Shown: positions 40,199-54,368, numbered from the whole stretch's first letter. The stretch: DNA of 63,578 nt, filler included, from Intoshia linei (GCA_001642005.1; 5 parts of 5 records of this genome joined end to end with filler, not necessarily neighbours in it), one strand, 5' to 3'. Numbers and translations are program-made. The notes: generated from the sequence alone by a model not told the origin.

Positions 40199-41311
40199 AA
40201 ATACCACAAATTATTGCAGCATTGCTATGTACAAATAAATATTTTTAAACATGTGCTCAAAACATGTGGTAATATTGAATTTTACTTTACATCTTGTCAC
40301 ATTTGTCAAAATCAATAACAGGCGAGTTCAACGCGAGAACCATATGTCGCGGTTGGCGCAATTCTAGTCGTTCTGTAATTTTAACAGCTGCACATAATTT
40401 AATATTGATTCAGTCAGTCTACCCACATGTCCAAATATTTAATTTTTCTGCTCTAGGTTAAATTTCTATAAGGCTTATAATAAGCAGATGTGATCTACAA
40501 TTATGTATTTTGTAAATCATTTGAATTATCTCAGTGTTTATCGATTTTTGTTCTAAATAGTGTAATATTATTTTTTCATCTTCTATTATTATAATAAACT
40601 AGCTAAATAATAGTGTAGTACTGTAATTTTCTTATTGCTAGTGGGGCAGCCACATAACAAATTAGAGGTTACGTAAAAATAAAAAATAGGGTCAACTTTT
40701 GTTTTTTGCAAACAATGTGTAGTGTCATATAGCCATAGCCACTTATCCAAGGCTCTTAGCTTGACATTCTAAAATTAACACTCAAAATAGAATCATATCC
40801 TTATTATATTAAGTAATGTAGTCAAAAATCTAAGCCTGTTTTTTTATTTGTATGTTTAGTCCAGTTTATTTAAGAAAGTAAGAGTATGCCTTAAAAATAC
40901 CATACTTCTATTACAATTTTTTGAGAGTGATGTTTTATCGCAAATTTCATTTTCAGACATTCAGTCCTTTAAGGTCAAAAACCCTAATTATCCTTTTTTT
41001 AAAATTCAAACGATTCCTAGAATTACAAAAAATACACAATCTGATAAAGATTTTAAAACCATCAAAATTTCATATGTGTGATAAATTTTAATTTCAAAAT
41101 AATATATCTTCACAGTCAAAACCACAAACTACCTTTTTCTAGTCAAGGTATTAGTCGATTGCCACCCATTGAAAAATTTTAAAGTCGATCGCATCAAAAA
41201 AAGGTTTAGCACTCCTGCTTTAAAAGACTGATAATAGTGAGTTATCATTTTTAATTAATATTACATTATTGAATTTATTTTTTTGTATAATTAAAAAAGT
41301 TCGACCTGGGC

Positions 41312-41356
41312 CGAGCTAGCATGCTGTTTGTACAAAGTACATAACAGTCAAGCTGG
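41312..41356 (+). mobile_element. Helitron-like 3' terminus
   Basis: Hairpin TGTTTGTAC-aaa-GTACATAACA, then gtcaag, then CTGG followed by T. Confidence 0.6.
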
Positions 41357-41840
41357 TATTGAATAAAATTGTAATTAATAATTTTTTAAACAATAATTTC
41401 ATATTGGATGTGTCAAATTCAATGAGATTTCCACTATTTATCGGTGCTAATCTGAAATTAGTATAAATAACGGTGTAAAGACAGCACTGAAAAAATAAAG
41501 TAATCGCTACCACAGAACCTGCAACCACTCATTGGTCCTCTCGAAATTAATTTAGCAAATATCGATGAATATTTACAATTTAAAAATAAATAAAACCAGT
41601 ATAGACCTCTGGCTAAAAGCGGATCATTTTTTTCAAAAAATAGGTTAATCTGTCGGTCTTGTATGTTGAAATTGAGCTCAATATAAAAGTAGCACAATTC
41701 TACTACAATGACAAAATAATTTCAAAATCATGGTACAATTAATCATTACTAAATTAATGTAGAATCAATTGCCATATTTTTTCAATTTAATTAAATTGTA
41801 GTTTATTACTTTAAAAAAAATTTATTATCGTTATTTTGAA

Positions 41841-44035
41841 ATGCCAAAAAAAAAGGAATCAACTATTGAAAAAATGGTAACATTTGGAAGAGTAGGAACG
41901 AATTTAAAAATCGGTATTGTCGGATTACCAAATGTGGGGTAATAACTTTTTGATAAAAATATACTTACTATAGAAAGTCCTCCTTTTTCAATGTAATGAC
42001 AAACAGTTCTGTTCCGTCGGAAAATTATCCATTTTGTACAATTGATCCATCAGAAAGTAAGATGGTAAATATTTATAATCATTCCAACATAGGTCGTGTG
42101 GCTGTCCCAGATGATAGATGGGAATATCTCGTTTCTCATTTTAAGCCACTTAGGTATTATCTTAATTAGTGCATATTTAGTTTAATTAGTAATTCTATGT
42201 ATTTTAAGCTTTTAACTTTACAATTAGAAATTAAGTTAGGACCAATAGCTTTTTCCAAAATAAAATTTTAATCTTTTCGAGTCAAAATTGATGGAAAAAT
42301 ATAATATAATATATCATATTATAATAATAAATAAAAAAGACATTCAATACATTTTTTACGCTACTGTATACATCCCTCAAATTTTGTGTGTATGGCTTAG
42401 TACTGTATGGAATGGGTACCATCTAGGGTCGCAAATGATAAAAGTGTATCGATTACATAATTTTAAATTGGATTGAATTTTATTTCAATATTCAAAATAT
42501 AAATTAATTATGTAATAATGGCCTCGTAAAATAGTAAGTGTGATAAAATGAATACTTACATTACTTTCAAAGGTCTGGCGTTGTAGTTTCTGTCTTGATT
42601 ACAACTTTGTTAAATGTTTTGTAAAATTTATTTTTAGCAAAGTACCGGCGTTTTTACAAGTTGTTGATATTGCAGGCCTTGTAGAGGGAGCCAGTTCCGG
42701 AGAAGGCCTAGGAAACGCCTTTTTGTCACACATTACATCATGTGATGCTATATTTCATATGATACGTGAGTTTAGTTAACATTTGTATTATTTGTCTTTA
42801 TAATGTTAACCATATCAAACTGATTTGTATCATGAATTACGCCACCTTAGGTGGTGTCAAATTAGTTTTTTTATTTATTTTTAATTATAATGACGGGCGG
42901 AGTTTTTAAATCACAAAAAAATTAAATTTTCATAAATATCAAATAGGCTTTATATTTTATTTAAGGTGGATTTAAGGACGATGAAATTGTTCATGTATCT
43001 GGAGATGTTGACCCCACCAGAGACATTGACGTTATTAACAATGAATTATTCCTGAAAGATAAAGAATATCTTGAGAAACAATTACTATGCCTAGAAAAAT
43101 CTAGAAAATACACAGATAAACAAAAATTAGTTGAAAAGGTATTTTTATTATATGTATTAATTTACTACATATATAGAAATTGATGTATAATTGTATTTTT
43201 TCAGAAGGTACTTGATGCCTGCCTTGAACACGTTACTAATAAAAAAATGATAAGAAAAGGTGATTGGACTACGGATGAGGTTTAGTATTTAATTGGCATA
43301 AATGATATCTTATTAGATCATAATTATAAGTCAATATATGCTATTAACTACCAAACCAATGATATACCTCTTAAATATATCAGAAAAAGAATACATTCGA
43401 CAGAAATGCAAATTGTATTAAATATTATATAATTTCAGTAATATGAAAATTTAGTTTAAAATCTACGAAAGATTATATTGACAAAATTGATAATGGGTCA
43501 TTACTCATCCCTTATAGTGCATCATTTGAAGCTAAATTAGTGAACCTTGATGAAAATAATTTAAAATCTTTCCTCTCTGAAAATAAAACAAGATCGTACG
43601 ATAATTTTTTATATATATATTTTTTTTAATTTATAGAATGCTTCCGAAAATTATTACATCTGGATTTTCTGCATTAGGTCTGATATATTTTTTTACTAGT
43701 GGAAAAGATGAAGTTAAAGCCTGGATCCTTCACGTTTATCTATCTTTTAATTTTTAATCGTTTTTAGAAAGGAAGTAAAGCACCACAGGCAGGTGGAAGA
43801 ATTCATACAGACATGGAAAATGGTTTCATAATGGCAGAAGTTATGAGTTTTATTGATTTCAAAGAATGTGGTTCCGAAAATGCTGTCAAGGTTTTTATAC
43901 ATTTTATACAATGTTAAAAAGTATTAGGCTGCCGGGAAATACAAACAAAAAGGACGAGATTATACTGTTGAAGATGGCGACATAATATTTTTTAAATTTA
44001 ATGCTGGAGCTGGACTTACAAAAAAAAAAAAATAA
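41841..44035 (+). CDS. OLA1: Obg-like ATPase 1 (YchF family), multi-exon
   Basis: [118 protein letters not shown]. Confidence 0.97.
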
Positions 44036-44098
44036 TTTTTGTAAAGTATATTTATTTTAAATTTATGATTATGTATTAGTAAAACAATTAATAATTAG

Positions 44099-44507
44099 TT
44101 ATTTCAATGAATCGAATTCATAAAAAATGTGCTTTTCTTTTTCTTTAAACTTGTGGTCCATATCATCCCAGTTATCATAATCAGCATTTTCGTTTTTTTT
44201 TTCATTTTCCTCTCCATTATCATAATCAGAAAATTGCATATTTTGGTCATCTTGACTATTCTCATTACGTTTTATCAAGTTTTGATATTTTTTCATTTCT
44301 TAAAAATTAAAATTATTGATATTAATTAAAACCTGAGACAAAATCGTCCATAATCTTTGCGCAATGTTTCATTTTTGAAATTGATTTTTGTTTGATTTTT
44401 GACTCAACTCTATTGAATTTGTAATTTTGCTTAATTTCATCTTTTTTTCCTTCTACCAAAGATATGTAACATTGAATCAAGATTAAAACTACACAATATT
44501 TTAACAT
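44099..44507 (-). CDS. Small secreted protein / candidate peptide precursor (intron 44299-44332)
   Basis: Two ORFs joined in frame by a 34-nt GT-AG intron. Signal-peptide-like MLKYCVVLILIQCYISLVEG, dibasic KK/KR sites, acidic C-terminal half. Confidence 0.7.
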
Positions 44508-46008
44508 GTTAAATCCACGATATTATTAAATTGTAATAACTATTTTATAAATTTTTCTTTATATAGTTGTTGATTCGTGATAATGTTTAAATTATATTAT
44601 ACAATTAATTGTATTTAATGTATGTATAATTAATAATAATATTAATTATCTTTTTATTAAATTTGTTAGGTATTATTAATGTGTGTATGTTACATAAATC
44701 AAATTTCATTTATTTATGTTCATGTTTTTATCTGGATTAATTAATTTTTTGAATAAAATTAATTTCAAAATGTGATGCAATTATATGTAAATTGTAGATT
44801 AAAATTTCTACTCTTCTAAATTTAAAACTTACGTACATAACATCAAAACTAATTCTGAAAAATGGTTACAATAAAAACCATTAGTTTTATATTTTAAATA
44901 AATGATGGGTTATAGAATAAAATTTTAATATTTCTATATTACAGTATAATCAATAATTATTAATCATATGGCGAAATACAGAGTTGACGAGTTGTAGAGA
45001 GAATACTGTATTTTGAAACTGTTGAAATATTAACATGTTATCAAAACGTATAATGTCATTTTGGCTGATTTTATAATAGAAACTACTTTATGAGTCACAT
45101 GTTTATGACAGTTTACAATGAAATGATGAAAATTTACTATTTTTTTTAGTTGGGTGACTATTAATTGATGTTAATATTATTCATTAAAAAATCAAAAATT
45201 TAATTTGCAAACAAACTTTCTGTCATTTTAGATTGAATTTCAATGTTCAGCTCAGTGTTTCTGAAAAATACAGTGATTTAAACTTTAAAGTGAAGTGGTA
45301 TATTTTTCCCTTGCAAATTTGGATTTTCGATTCAGAGTTTGATTACACAGATATACAATAATTTTAATATTGACTTTTCGAATATTTTCTAACCATACAC
45401 GTATAAATATTGTCCATATTCAATATTATTCTGAGGTTCGACATTACACAATTAATGATGTTTTTAAATGCGTTGAAACACTTTTCGTGTCATTTGGCCC
45501 GCGTCATACAAATAGTGAGCGCACTGCAAGATAATCTACAACTACTACGGTATAGGTATACATGTATATTTCGTTTACTTAATAGTTGTTTTTAATAATA
45601 TAATACAGTATCAACTTATCATTTATTGTCTCTATTAAAATTTAATTTAATAATTAAATAAATATTTTTAAATAACTCTTATTTCTAGAAAAATTTTTGA
45701 TTTACTAATTTTAGAGAGAATATAAAAAGTAATAACTTTATTTAAACAGATAATTCAATTTAAATACGTTTATATATTGTTTTTCTAATAATAACACATT
45801 CAATTAATTCTTAGCATTTGTATACGTAAATTATGTAAAATGACAATACAAAAATTAATTTAATTGATGTTACAACATTGAATGTAAAATTTGCTAGCCA
45901 ACAGGAATGTTCTTTGTTTCATAAGTGAAATAAACATTCACTGAATTCGTTCAATCGACATAAAAACACTGTTTCCATGTATGAAATGACTATAGAAGTT
46001 AAAATTAA

Positions 46009-47199
46009 ATGAAAATGAGTAGAGGTATTATAAATTATTTTTTAAAAAAATTTGTAATTAATATTGATTTAGAATATCGTGTTATTCATCCATATCGACC
46101 AAGGGAGTCAGATGAATTATTAATTAAGAAAGGTGATATTATTGCCGATGTTGTAGAAGTTGAAGAAGGATGGCTAGAGGGTTTGTTAAATGGCACCAGA
46201 GGAATTTTTCCCGATAATTTTGTAGAAGTAATATTTATTTCATCTAATTTTTACGCTTTCGATTAAATAATGAAAAAATGTTTTCATTAATAATGAATCG
46301 ATCATTTATTTTTACCAAAAGTAGGTTTATAATGTGACATAATTTCATTTTGAATTATACTGCAAGGTTGTATATTGCATACAGAAATTTTTGTCGTATT
46401 ACTAATTATTCTAATTGATTTTTTTATAGTATAGGTTGAGATTATTCGCTTTTATATCATACTAAGTTTGAAGTGAATTACTGTTAATGACTTATACCTA
46501 ATAATTAGGTTATTTATTTTATTAAGTGTAGCAATTTTGTTAGTGCGAAGTATTTTTTGAACATTCAAAAATTATTTAGTCATTTCTCATTTGTACGTAA
46601 TTTTCTACGGATCCCAAAAAATATTGATATATTTTAAAAAAGCTACCAAAATTGTCTTTTATTGAGAACACTGCTTTAAACTTTAATATCAACTACCACA
46701 GTTAAAAGATATTACTTATCCGCTAGAGTCAAAAGGTTCGGAAACCTGTTATTTTTGATAGTTATATCCAATTTCAATATGATAATAACAAGAACCGAAC
46801 CTGACAAGCTCGAGACCACAGCGAAAATAAAAATAGCCCCTTAAAAAATTTTCGCAAACGATGCATGGTATTATATAGCCCTATCCACGTTTAATAGACT
46901 CTTGATTTGACATTTTTAATTATTATGATTATCCATATAAGTGTAATTTTATGTAAATTTAATATTAAACATGAAACAATAAACAACTGAAAACCGTTGT
47001 GTTGTGTATTATTTGTGATCCTATGAGTGACCGTACCATTCCTAATTTACATATTAGAGCTAAATTTTATTTAATATTTAGCCTATATCTCCTGTATCAA
47101 ATATAAGATCTCAACAAAATAACAAAAATACAACTAATATTGAAACAATTCCTGTTGTTAAAATGAAGCCGATTGTGCGACAAGAACTGATAGCTGAAG
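46009..47199 (+). CDS. CD2AP/CIN85(SH3KBP1)-like SH3 adaptor, 5' part only; exons 46009-46024, 46073-46227, probably 47082-47199
   Basis: N-terminal SH3 YRVIHPYRPRESDELLIKKGDII..EEGWLEGLLNGTRGIFPDNFVE closely matches the first SH3 of CD2AP/CIN85. Rest of gene not seen before the spacer. Confidence 0.75.
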
Positions 47200-47379
47200 G
47201 TAAGTTATATTGTAATATTGTACCGAAATTTATTTTCGTATTCGTATCATTTTCGGTCCGATTCATGGTCTTGTTTGAACTCATTTTTAACACGTAAATC
47301 TTTCTTTGATAGCGAATGCATAACCATCGTCTTCTTTGTGTTTCTATTATACTAAATAATGTTTCAAAAATATACATAA

Positions 47380-47430
47380 CTAGGTTGACTTTTATGTACT
47401 ACGTACAAACAGCACCTAGCTCTGCCGAGG
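47380..47430 (-). mobile_element. Helitron-like 3' terminus with adjoining repeat body (47435-47560 similar to 8395-8520)
   Basis: ctaggttgacttttatgtactacgtacaaacagcacctagctctgcc, preceded by A (CTAG|T on the minus strand). Confidence 0.6.
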
Positions 47431-47707
47431 GTACATTTTTATTATACAAAAAAAATAAATTCACGTTGAAAATATAACTTAAAAATCCTACTATTCATTT
47501 ATCAATCCTTTAAAAGAGTGGTTCCCGAACTTGTTTCAGGTGGAATTATCATATCACATTGAACATTAAACAAAATGTTTTGGAAATGAGAATTTAAAAT
47601 TTTAAAAATTGCGTAGAAATGAAAACAAATTCGAAGGAATGAATTATATAGAATTTCACCCATATTTCTTTATTGGAAATGTGTAGATGTTCAATGCACA
47701 TTTTTTT

Positions 47708-47807
47708 NNNNNNNNNNNNNNNNNNNNNNNNNNNNNNNNNNNNNNNNNNNNTTAATTAATTAANNNNNNNNNNNNNNNNNNNNNNNNNNNNNNNNNNNNN
47801 NNNNNNN
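47708..47807. other. Artificial contig spacer
   Basis: N44-TTAATTAATTAA-N44. Confidence 0.97.
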
Positions 47808-48337
47808 CAAAGCTGTCAAAAATGGGTTTTTAATTGATTCCCTTTTTATAATAGCCTCTTCCCTAAATGTTAACATGCGTTTTCTACCTGATCTTGGCAA
47901 GTCAGCTATGCGTAACCCCTTTTTATATTTTTCAATTATATTTTGTACCGCACATCGGGACATTATTAAGGTTTTACTTATAAAAACCTGACTTTTTCCT
48001 ACCTTAAATAAGGACACATTGCATCTTTTTTCGTCACTTATGCGCGTCATTTACTAAAAAAATAATAATATTTCATTTATAGATCATTACATTTTAGTTT
48101 TTATTGAAATTATGAAGGTGCCTAAGATTTATGTCGTTCGGAATTTTGCAATTTTAATTAAAAATACCTATATTTCATTAATTATTACATTTTTTTTACA
48201 GTTTTTACTTTTTTAGGGTTGTTAAATATTTGTTCTTGATCATACACTAGATATTATATAAGAAAATGTCTTAAATCATAAACCAGAAGTGTTTAAATTA
48301 ATTACAATGGGGTGCCTAAGACTTATGTCGCGCACTG
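47808..48337 (-). mobile_element. Tc1-family transposon 5' end (IR/DR-type TIR plus transposase N-terminus 48050-47808), truncated by the spacer
   Basis: Paired-like HTH MTRISDEKR..GKSQVFISKTL..LPRSGRKR..IKNPFLTA. Terminus TA|CAGTGCGCGACATAAGTCTTAGGCACC. Inner direct repeat ggtgcctaaga(t/c)ttatgtcg at 48117-48136 versus 48311-48330. Confidence 0.9.
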
Positions 48338-48356
48338 TATATAAAAATTGACCACA

Positions 48357-51300
48357 TTAATTTCTCCATCCATTGAACAAATATATGCACCAACAATGTC
48401 GTGTTTACGTAGAGTAAAACCACTAGGGTCATAAATAACCGGCATTTTTAGCCAATTTTTTTCCATATCATATCCTTCATCAATACATTTCAATACGTAA
48501 TAATATGTACGTCTAAATAAATATATAAACTTTATAATTTATGTAAATATAATTCCAAAAATTTGCATAGATATTGTGATAATAATATATATTATATACT
48601 CAATGTTTTTAGCAATTTTTTTTTCAATTTTTAACAAAACATTTACCTTGCTGTTACAGGGTAGTCCAAATTGAAAATTTTATTTATAGAAGCATCATTA
48701 GTTATATCGACTATAGATCTAGAAGCTGCACCAGAACAATTTATAATATGAGAAGACATAATTGAATACACGTTACCATCTTCCAATTTTATCTACATTT
48801 AAATTATATTGAACCATTTCAAAGACGATGTATCACATATGATACATCACTTAAAAATCCTCATAACTACTAAGGTTACAAATATTTTGCAATTATTTTT
48901 TTGTCGTTTAATGCTCTATATCAGGGGTTCGCAAAGTGAACGATATCGCCCCAGGGGTGATTAATTCAGTTAGGGGACAATTTTCAAAATATTATATAGT
49001 ATATAATAATATAGAGAGGGCGTTAATGAATTTTTTGGTGTAAGGGGAGATTTTTATAGCAAGTTTGGGATCCATTGAGATAAACATTAACACAGTAATG
49101 TATAGTAAATATATAATTTTCATTAATATAAAATATCGACCTCGGGAATATCTCATAATCAGTTAAATCAAAAAAAATTAGTTAATTAATAATTATTGAG
49201 TTAATTTTTAAATAAATATAATACGATGTCGTCGAAAAATTTTTCAAGGGGGCGATAGACCAAATCAGTTTGGGATAACCTGTTCAATATTATATACAAT
49301 TTGAATTTCACGTAGAATGATATACCTACCTTTCAGAAACAGTTAAAAGTGACAGTTTTTAAATTTACTTGTTAATAAAAATCTTTTATTGACCACTTAA
49401 TTTAACGTAGTTCACAAATCTAATAAATATAATTATCATGTATGAAACTGGATATTTGTCATCCATCAAATTTAATTTACGGTAATAGCTGTTTTCAGTT
49501 TGAAATTTGGCCTTAATTCCGGAATTCAGTTCTCACATGAATCCTGGAAACGGTGGTTAATTATTTTTTAATTTAAATATTTTCACATATCTTTAGTTTT
49601 AATCGTTTAGCAATTTATAAGGTTAATATAGTTTTGAAGTCGTATATAATTAATTCGGCTTTGAAAGGGATCTGAAATAAATTTTTGTGTGTCATCTTTG
49701 TTTATTTCATCTTTCTCCAAAATGTGAGATAATATTATTCAATTTAAACGTCTATTCTTTGAAGCGTCATTATCATTAAAGAAACCATAAAAATATAGGA
49801 AAAAATAAATATTATAATTAATTAACAAAAGCTACGATTATGTCGCTCAAATGAATGTTCGCCATCAATTTAACGTTAATTTTGATTTATTCAGTCTGAA
49901 TTTCAAATTAAAAATTATAATAACTACATATCTTTTTCAAGTGGTCTACTTTTGAGAATAAATTCTCTGACTACACTCTGAGATTCAATTCTCAATTCAC
50001 AATTCTCTGAGAATTTCATTAAATCACACTGAAATATATTTAATTTGAACTTAAAAAGCAAAAGTATTTTGAAAAATAAAAATATACATTAGTAAATTTA
50101 ATTCTCTCATTTGCCTGGTTTGATTGATCCGTTTCTGTTTCAAAACCGACAACTTCACCTTGTAAATGAACAACTTCCTTTGTGTCATTATGTCGATGTA
50201 ATTCTGAAATTAAATATTGTGGGTCTATCCAACCTTCGTTTTCAAAACCTTGAAATTATCAAATAAATAATTAATTCAAGTAATTACAACATTGGTTTTG
50301 CCTAGTCCAGGGTCTTCCAACCTTATCAAAACCATGGCCTGTTTAAAATCGGAAATTTGAATGGCTTCATAAAAATTTTTTAATTCAAATTATGAAAGAT
50401 GCCACACATGATGTGTGATTTCACTTGTTATTCAAACAAGAGAAATGTTACTTATATACAAAAAAGCTAAAGCTTTAAATAATATTTAAAACATCAGAAT
50501 GACACCTTTGCTGTTGCCCGATATTTTTTAAGTGGCATTAGGTCACATCGCCCATGTTGGTTAACCCTGTTCTTATTGAATAAAATCATATTATGATGTC
50601 TAAATAGACATTTTGAGCAGTTAAATTAAAAACAAAAAATTATTTTCCCTTAAATTGATTGAAATGTAACTCACCTGGATGTACCTACGAAAAAATTACT
50701 GCGATTGCAATACAATGCATTTCAAAATGTACTTTGTTGAAGATAACTTAATATCATTTTACTTTATAAAGATATGTGGAAGCAAACCAATATTCCCAGC
50801 AAGTAAGTCTTTGACGTTCAAAAAGGGATAATTATTATCAATAGATTTTGGAGACAATGTTATATTCATAGCATCTGAATTCCTAGATACATAATTACAA
50901 AAAAAGTAGTATTACACAAATTTTGTAAATTGCGAGTTGAAAATATATGATTAACCCAGGGGTTTCCATACTTTTTTCATGGCGGACCGGTAATAAATTA
51001 CAAAATTTGTCGCGGACCATTAAATCGATATAACTAGGTAACGTTAAAAATATTTATATAAAAAACGTAATAAATTGACTTGTATGTTCTACTTAGTAAA
51101 TTAATTTTTTCAAACTTATTTCGCGGACCAGCATTTGGGAAACGCTGGATTAACCGACTTTTAATGTTGATATAAAATTACTGTATTTTATCCAAATCAT
51201 TCTTATTACTGTAATCAAAAAGAATCAAGTGATCCTCCGGATGAAACCTCAAAGTGTCACGACTGGTAACTAAATTTTTTTAAATACGTTCAAGATTGAT

Positions 51301-51841
51301 CATACGTCGATTGTTAACATCGTTAGTAGTAAAATTATACATAAAATCAAAAGATTCATTCGCCATTTTATTATATATTTCATTTTTGAATCTTTGCCTG
51401 ATTAAACCTAGAGATGCAGCAGAAGATGAATTTTTAAGCTACACATTAAAAATATAATATATTTGAATAAGAACCTTCAAATCTTTATCGACTATGATTA
51501 TTTTATAATCAGGGTTAATATTGTTTTCTAATAAACGATAAGCCATCAGGGATCCCATTAAACCAGCACCAATAATCATAAAATCGCATTCCTTATCAAA
51601 ACGAAATTTGCCAAAAGAAAATGGTTTGTTTTTATCAAAATAGGTTGATATTGGTTTATATGTAAATGGTCGTGGAACTGTTGGAAGAACGTTGAGTTGC
51701 ACTTTTCGTGTAGAGACTGATACGTTTTCGTTTATATTTTCAATATCTTTCGACTTGAAACGTCTTAAAATATAATAGGAAAAGTTACTGATATCATAAT
51801 TACCTAGTTAATCGGGAAAATGATAATTTTAATTTACCCAT
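48357..51841 (-). CDS. FOXRED1: FAD-dependent oxidoreductase FOXRED1-like (complex I assembly factor), 3' end missing
   Basis: MIIGAGLMGSLMAYRL..IIIVDKD, SSSAASLGLIRQRF, GFENEGWIDPQYLI..LQGEVVGF, IINCSGA, RRTYYYVLKC..PVIYDPSGFTLR. Start MG/NYDISNFSYYILRRFKS via a 34-nt intron. Confidence 0.8.
48922..49282. mobile_element. hAT-type MITE (partial copy at ~34950-35239)
   Basis: Ends caggggttcgcaaa / tttgggataacctg. Flanks ctctatat / ttcaatat (6/8 match). Internal sequence is duplicated at 34950-35239. Confidence 0.7.
50957..51147. mobile_element. hAT-type MITE with perfect 8-bp TSD
   Basis: gattaacc|caggggtttcca...tgggaaacgctg|gattaacc. Related end at ~18341-18385. Confidence 0.88.
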
Positions 51842-52149
51842 TTTATATAAAGTTTAGATTAAACATGTATTTATTTTTTAGCAATCCAAATTATTATTAT
51901 TTTGTCAGAAAAGTACAACTTTACCGATTTTAAAACACTGAAATATAGAACAGCATTAATAAATTAGTTAAAAATCTATTAAAGCGATGCACGATGGGAT
52001 CTTTGAAACAGATTTATAATAAAGCCATTTTGTAAATTATATTTATTTGGCACTATTGATACATTTAAACGAAAAAATAAAGTTCATATAAAGGCGCAAT
52101 AAATAAAATAGCAATTTTTTGATCAGGTAACATTTACATTTAATTAAAA

Positions 52150-53680
52150 ATGAGCCCAATGTTAACTAAGAAGATATTATTTCAACGTGACACTGCGTCA
52201 GACAATCATATTAACAAACCATCATTCAAAGCATTCAAACCTGCAAGTGTTTCAAAATCTATAAAGAAAAACAATGATAAATCAGAGTTGAACAAAGAAA
52301 ATATTTTGAAAAATTTACAATTTTGTAAAAGAACCAATATTAAGGTATATTATTTTATATTTGCACACTTAAAAGTTTTGAGTTTTTGATTTAAAACCAA
52401 TACCAAATCGACATTATTGTTGAGACACGTATGTAGATGATTAATATTGAATTTTAAATAATTCATAAATAATTTACATTATTTTTTTTTATTGATACCA
52501 AATTAAGCTTTAATTTATCTTACCAGCGATGAACATTGATTAAAGTAAAATTTTTTTTATTCACCAAAAGAAATGAAATTTTGCAACAGTATATTATATT
52601 AAGGATATGAATGAAGAAACTCGGTGATTAAATTTAGTATAAAATTTCCAATAATGATGAAAAGGACGGTTCAATTAAATTTTTGAATTTCTTTGAAGGT
52701 AGCAACTAGTGATTACGACAATTCCAATGAATCGGAATCGACTAATTTTTAATTTTTTGACGATTCCGATTCTTTAATATTTTTGTTCAAAAAATAAAAA
52801 TTAGTTATATATGGATTATCGCGAAATACATAAAATAAATTAAATTTTTCGAATATTGATTTACTTGTAAAAAACAATTTATCTTCGCCTCCTTCTTCAA
52901 TTGAAATAATGTTCATATTTGAACGTTCTATCTATTATCAAAAATGAAATAGAACGCTTGGTACGACTGGTTTAAAGCTAATGTTTTTACATTATAATTT
53001 AAAAAAATTTTTGGTTCTGATATTAATTATATAATTTTATGAAGGTTTTAAGCATTTTTATTTTGTTTCTTAGTCGTTTATTTCGTAGTTCTACCAATTT
53101 GTTTATTCTTAGTTATTTTTCCATTTAAAAGCTAAATAAAACTAACAAAACTATTATTACAAAAGTACATACTACATTGTAGTATGATTCAAAAGAATTT
53201 AGAATCACATCGGAATCGTTGTTTTTTTTGAGTCGAATAGGAATCGGTACATCACTAGTATCAAATACTGCCATTGTCCGAAATGTAGAATAATTAACAA
53301 AACATTTATTCTAAATTTAATAACAGTAAGTGTTCAACCACTGAATTACAATATCGTAGTTTACAGTTTTATATTGCAGTGGTTAATAATATTGTTTTAA
53401 TGTTAACGTTGATTTGTATAATGAATCTTTGAAACATTTTAATGTTTCTGACAGGTTTTACTTTATTTCCATTATGCTTTCTAGAAATTGATCAATATAA
53501 TTTTAGAAAAAAATTGAATCTCTTGAAACATCGATAGATTTTTATCAAGATGTTATTAAAGAATTAATTTACGAAATAAATATTATTTATCCAAATATGA
53601 CAATGACTAAAATTATAAAGAATATGAACATTGATCCAGAATTGATTAGATTTGATATTGAATTTGACGATTTTTTGTAA
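52150..53680 (+). CDS. SFR1: SFR1/Mei5-like recombination mediator (internal exons uncertain)
   Basis: Last exon 53507-53680 KKIESLETSIDFYQDVIKELIYEI..MTMTKIIKNMNIDPELIRFDIEFDDFL* resembles the Sfr1/Mei5 C-terminus. Basic disordered N-terminus with FKAFKP. Confidence 0.55.
52707..53257. mobile_element. Old hAT-type MITE within the SFR1-like gene
   Basis: Ends tagtgat / atcacta, subterminal tcggaatcg/cgattccga repeats, flanks gtagcaac / gtatcaaa (6/8 match). Confidence 0.6.
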
Positions 53681-54368
53681 TATCTGTTTGAATTAAAATT
53701 ATTTGTTTCGGTTCCAATCTCTGTTCAATTTTTCATTCCTTTCTTCATACAATTTTTCTTCTAAATTTAATATTGCACTATTAATGATAAGTGGTTTATT
53801 TTTTTTTATAAGTTTACCGATAACTATTAATTTTTTATGAATACTAACAAAATTCCATGAACGAAAAAGTATTTATAAATAAAAATAAAATTTTTTAATT
53901 ACGCCCTATTATTGAATTTGTATCTTGTATTCTGTTCATAAGGGGTATCAGATGATAGTGATACATTATATGTATCACTAAAATATTTCATTGGTACCAG
54001 AAAAACTAGTATCCATAATTATGTTGAATTACACCCTATTGTATATCGGTATCAAGAAATTTAAATACAATTTTATTATTACAATCTAAAATATGTCAAA
54101 ATAATTATACGTCATCATAATTGACATCTTTAAATAATACCTTTTGCTATTCATATTTTGAATTATTATTTTCATCAATTATAATTAAATAGTTTAACAC
54201 CAAAAAATACAGGATGATGAATACATCACCTTTTTCGTCTCAATGAGCTAGTCAACGTAATATCAATATTATTTTCCAATCACGTCCAGATTTTTTTTTG
54301 TAATTGAAAATATATCACTGCACATTTTTTTTGAAATTGTAGGATCAATATTTACATTTTCAATTTTT

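Noticed and set aside
41316-41775. Small minus-strand gene head-to-head with OLA1
   Set aside because: No consistent spliced frame or recognisable motif; the ORF end runs into a Helitron-like terminus.
49420-49870. Possible nested gene in a FOXRED1 intron
   Set aside because: Only short stop-interrupted coding-like fragments; cannot support a product.
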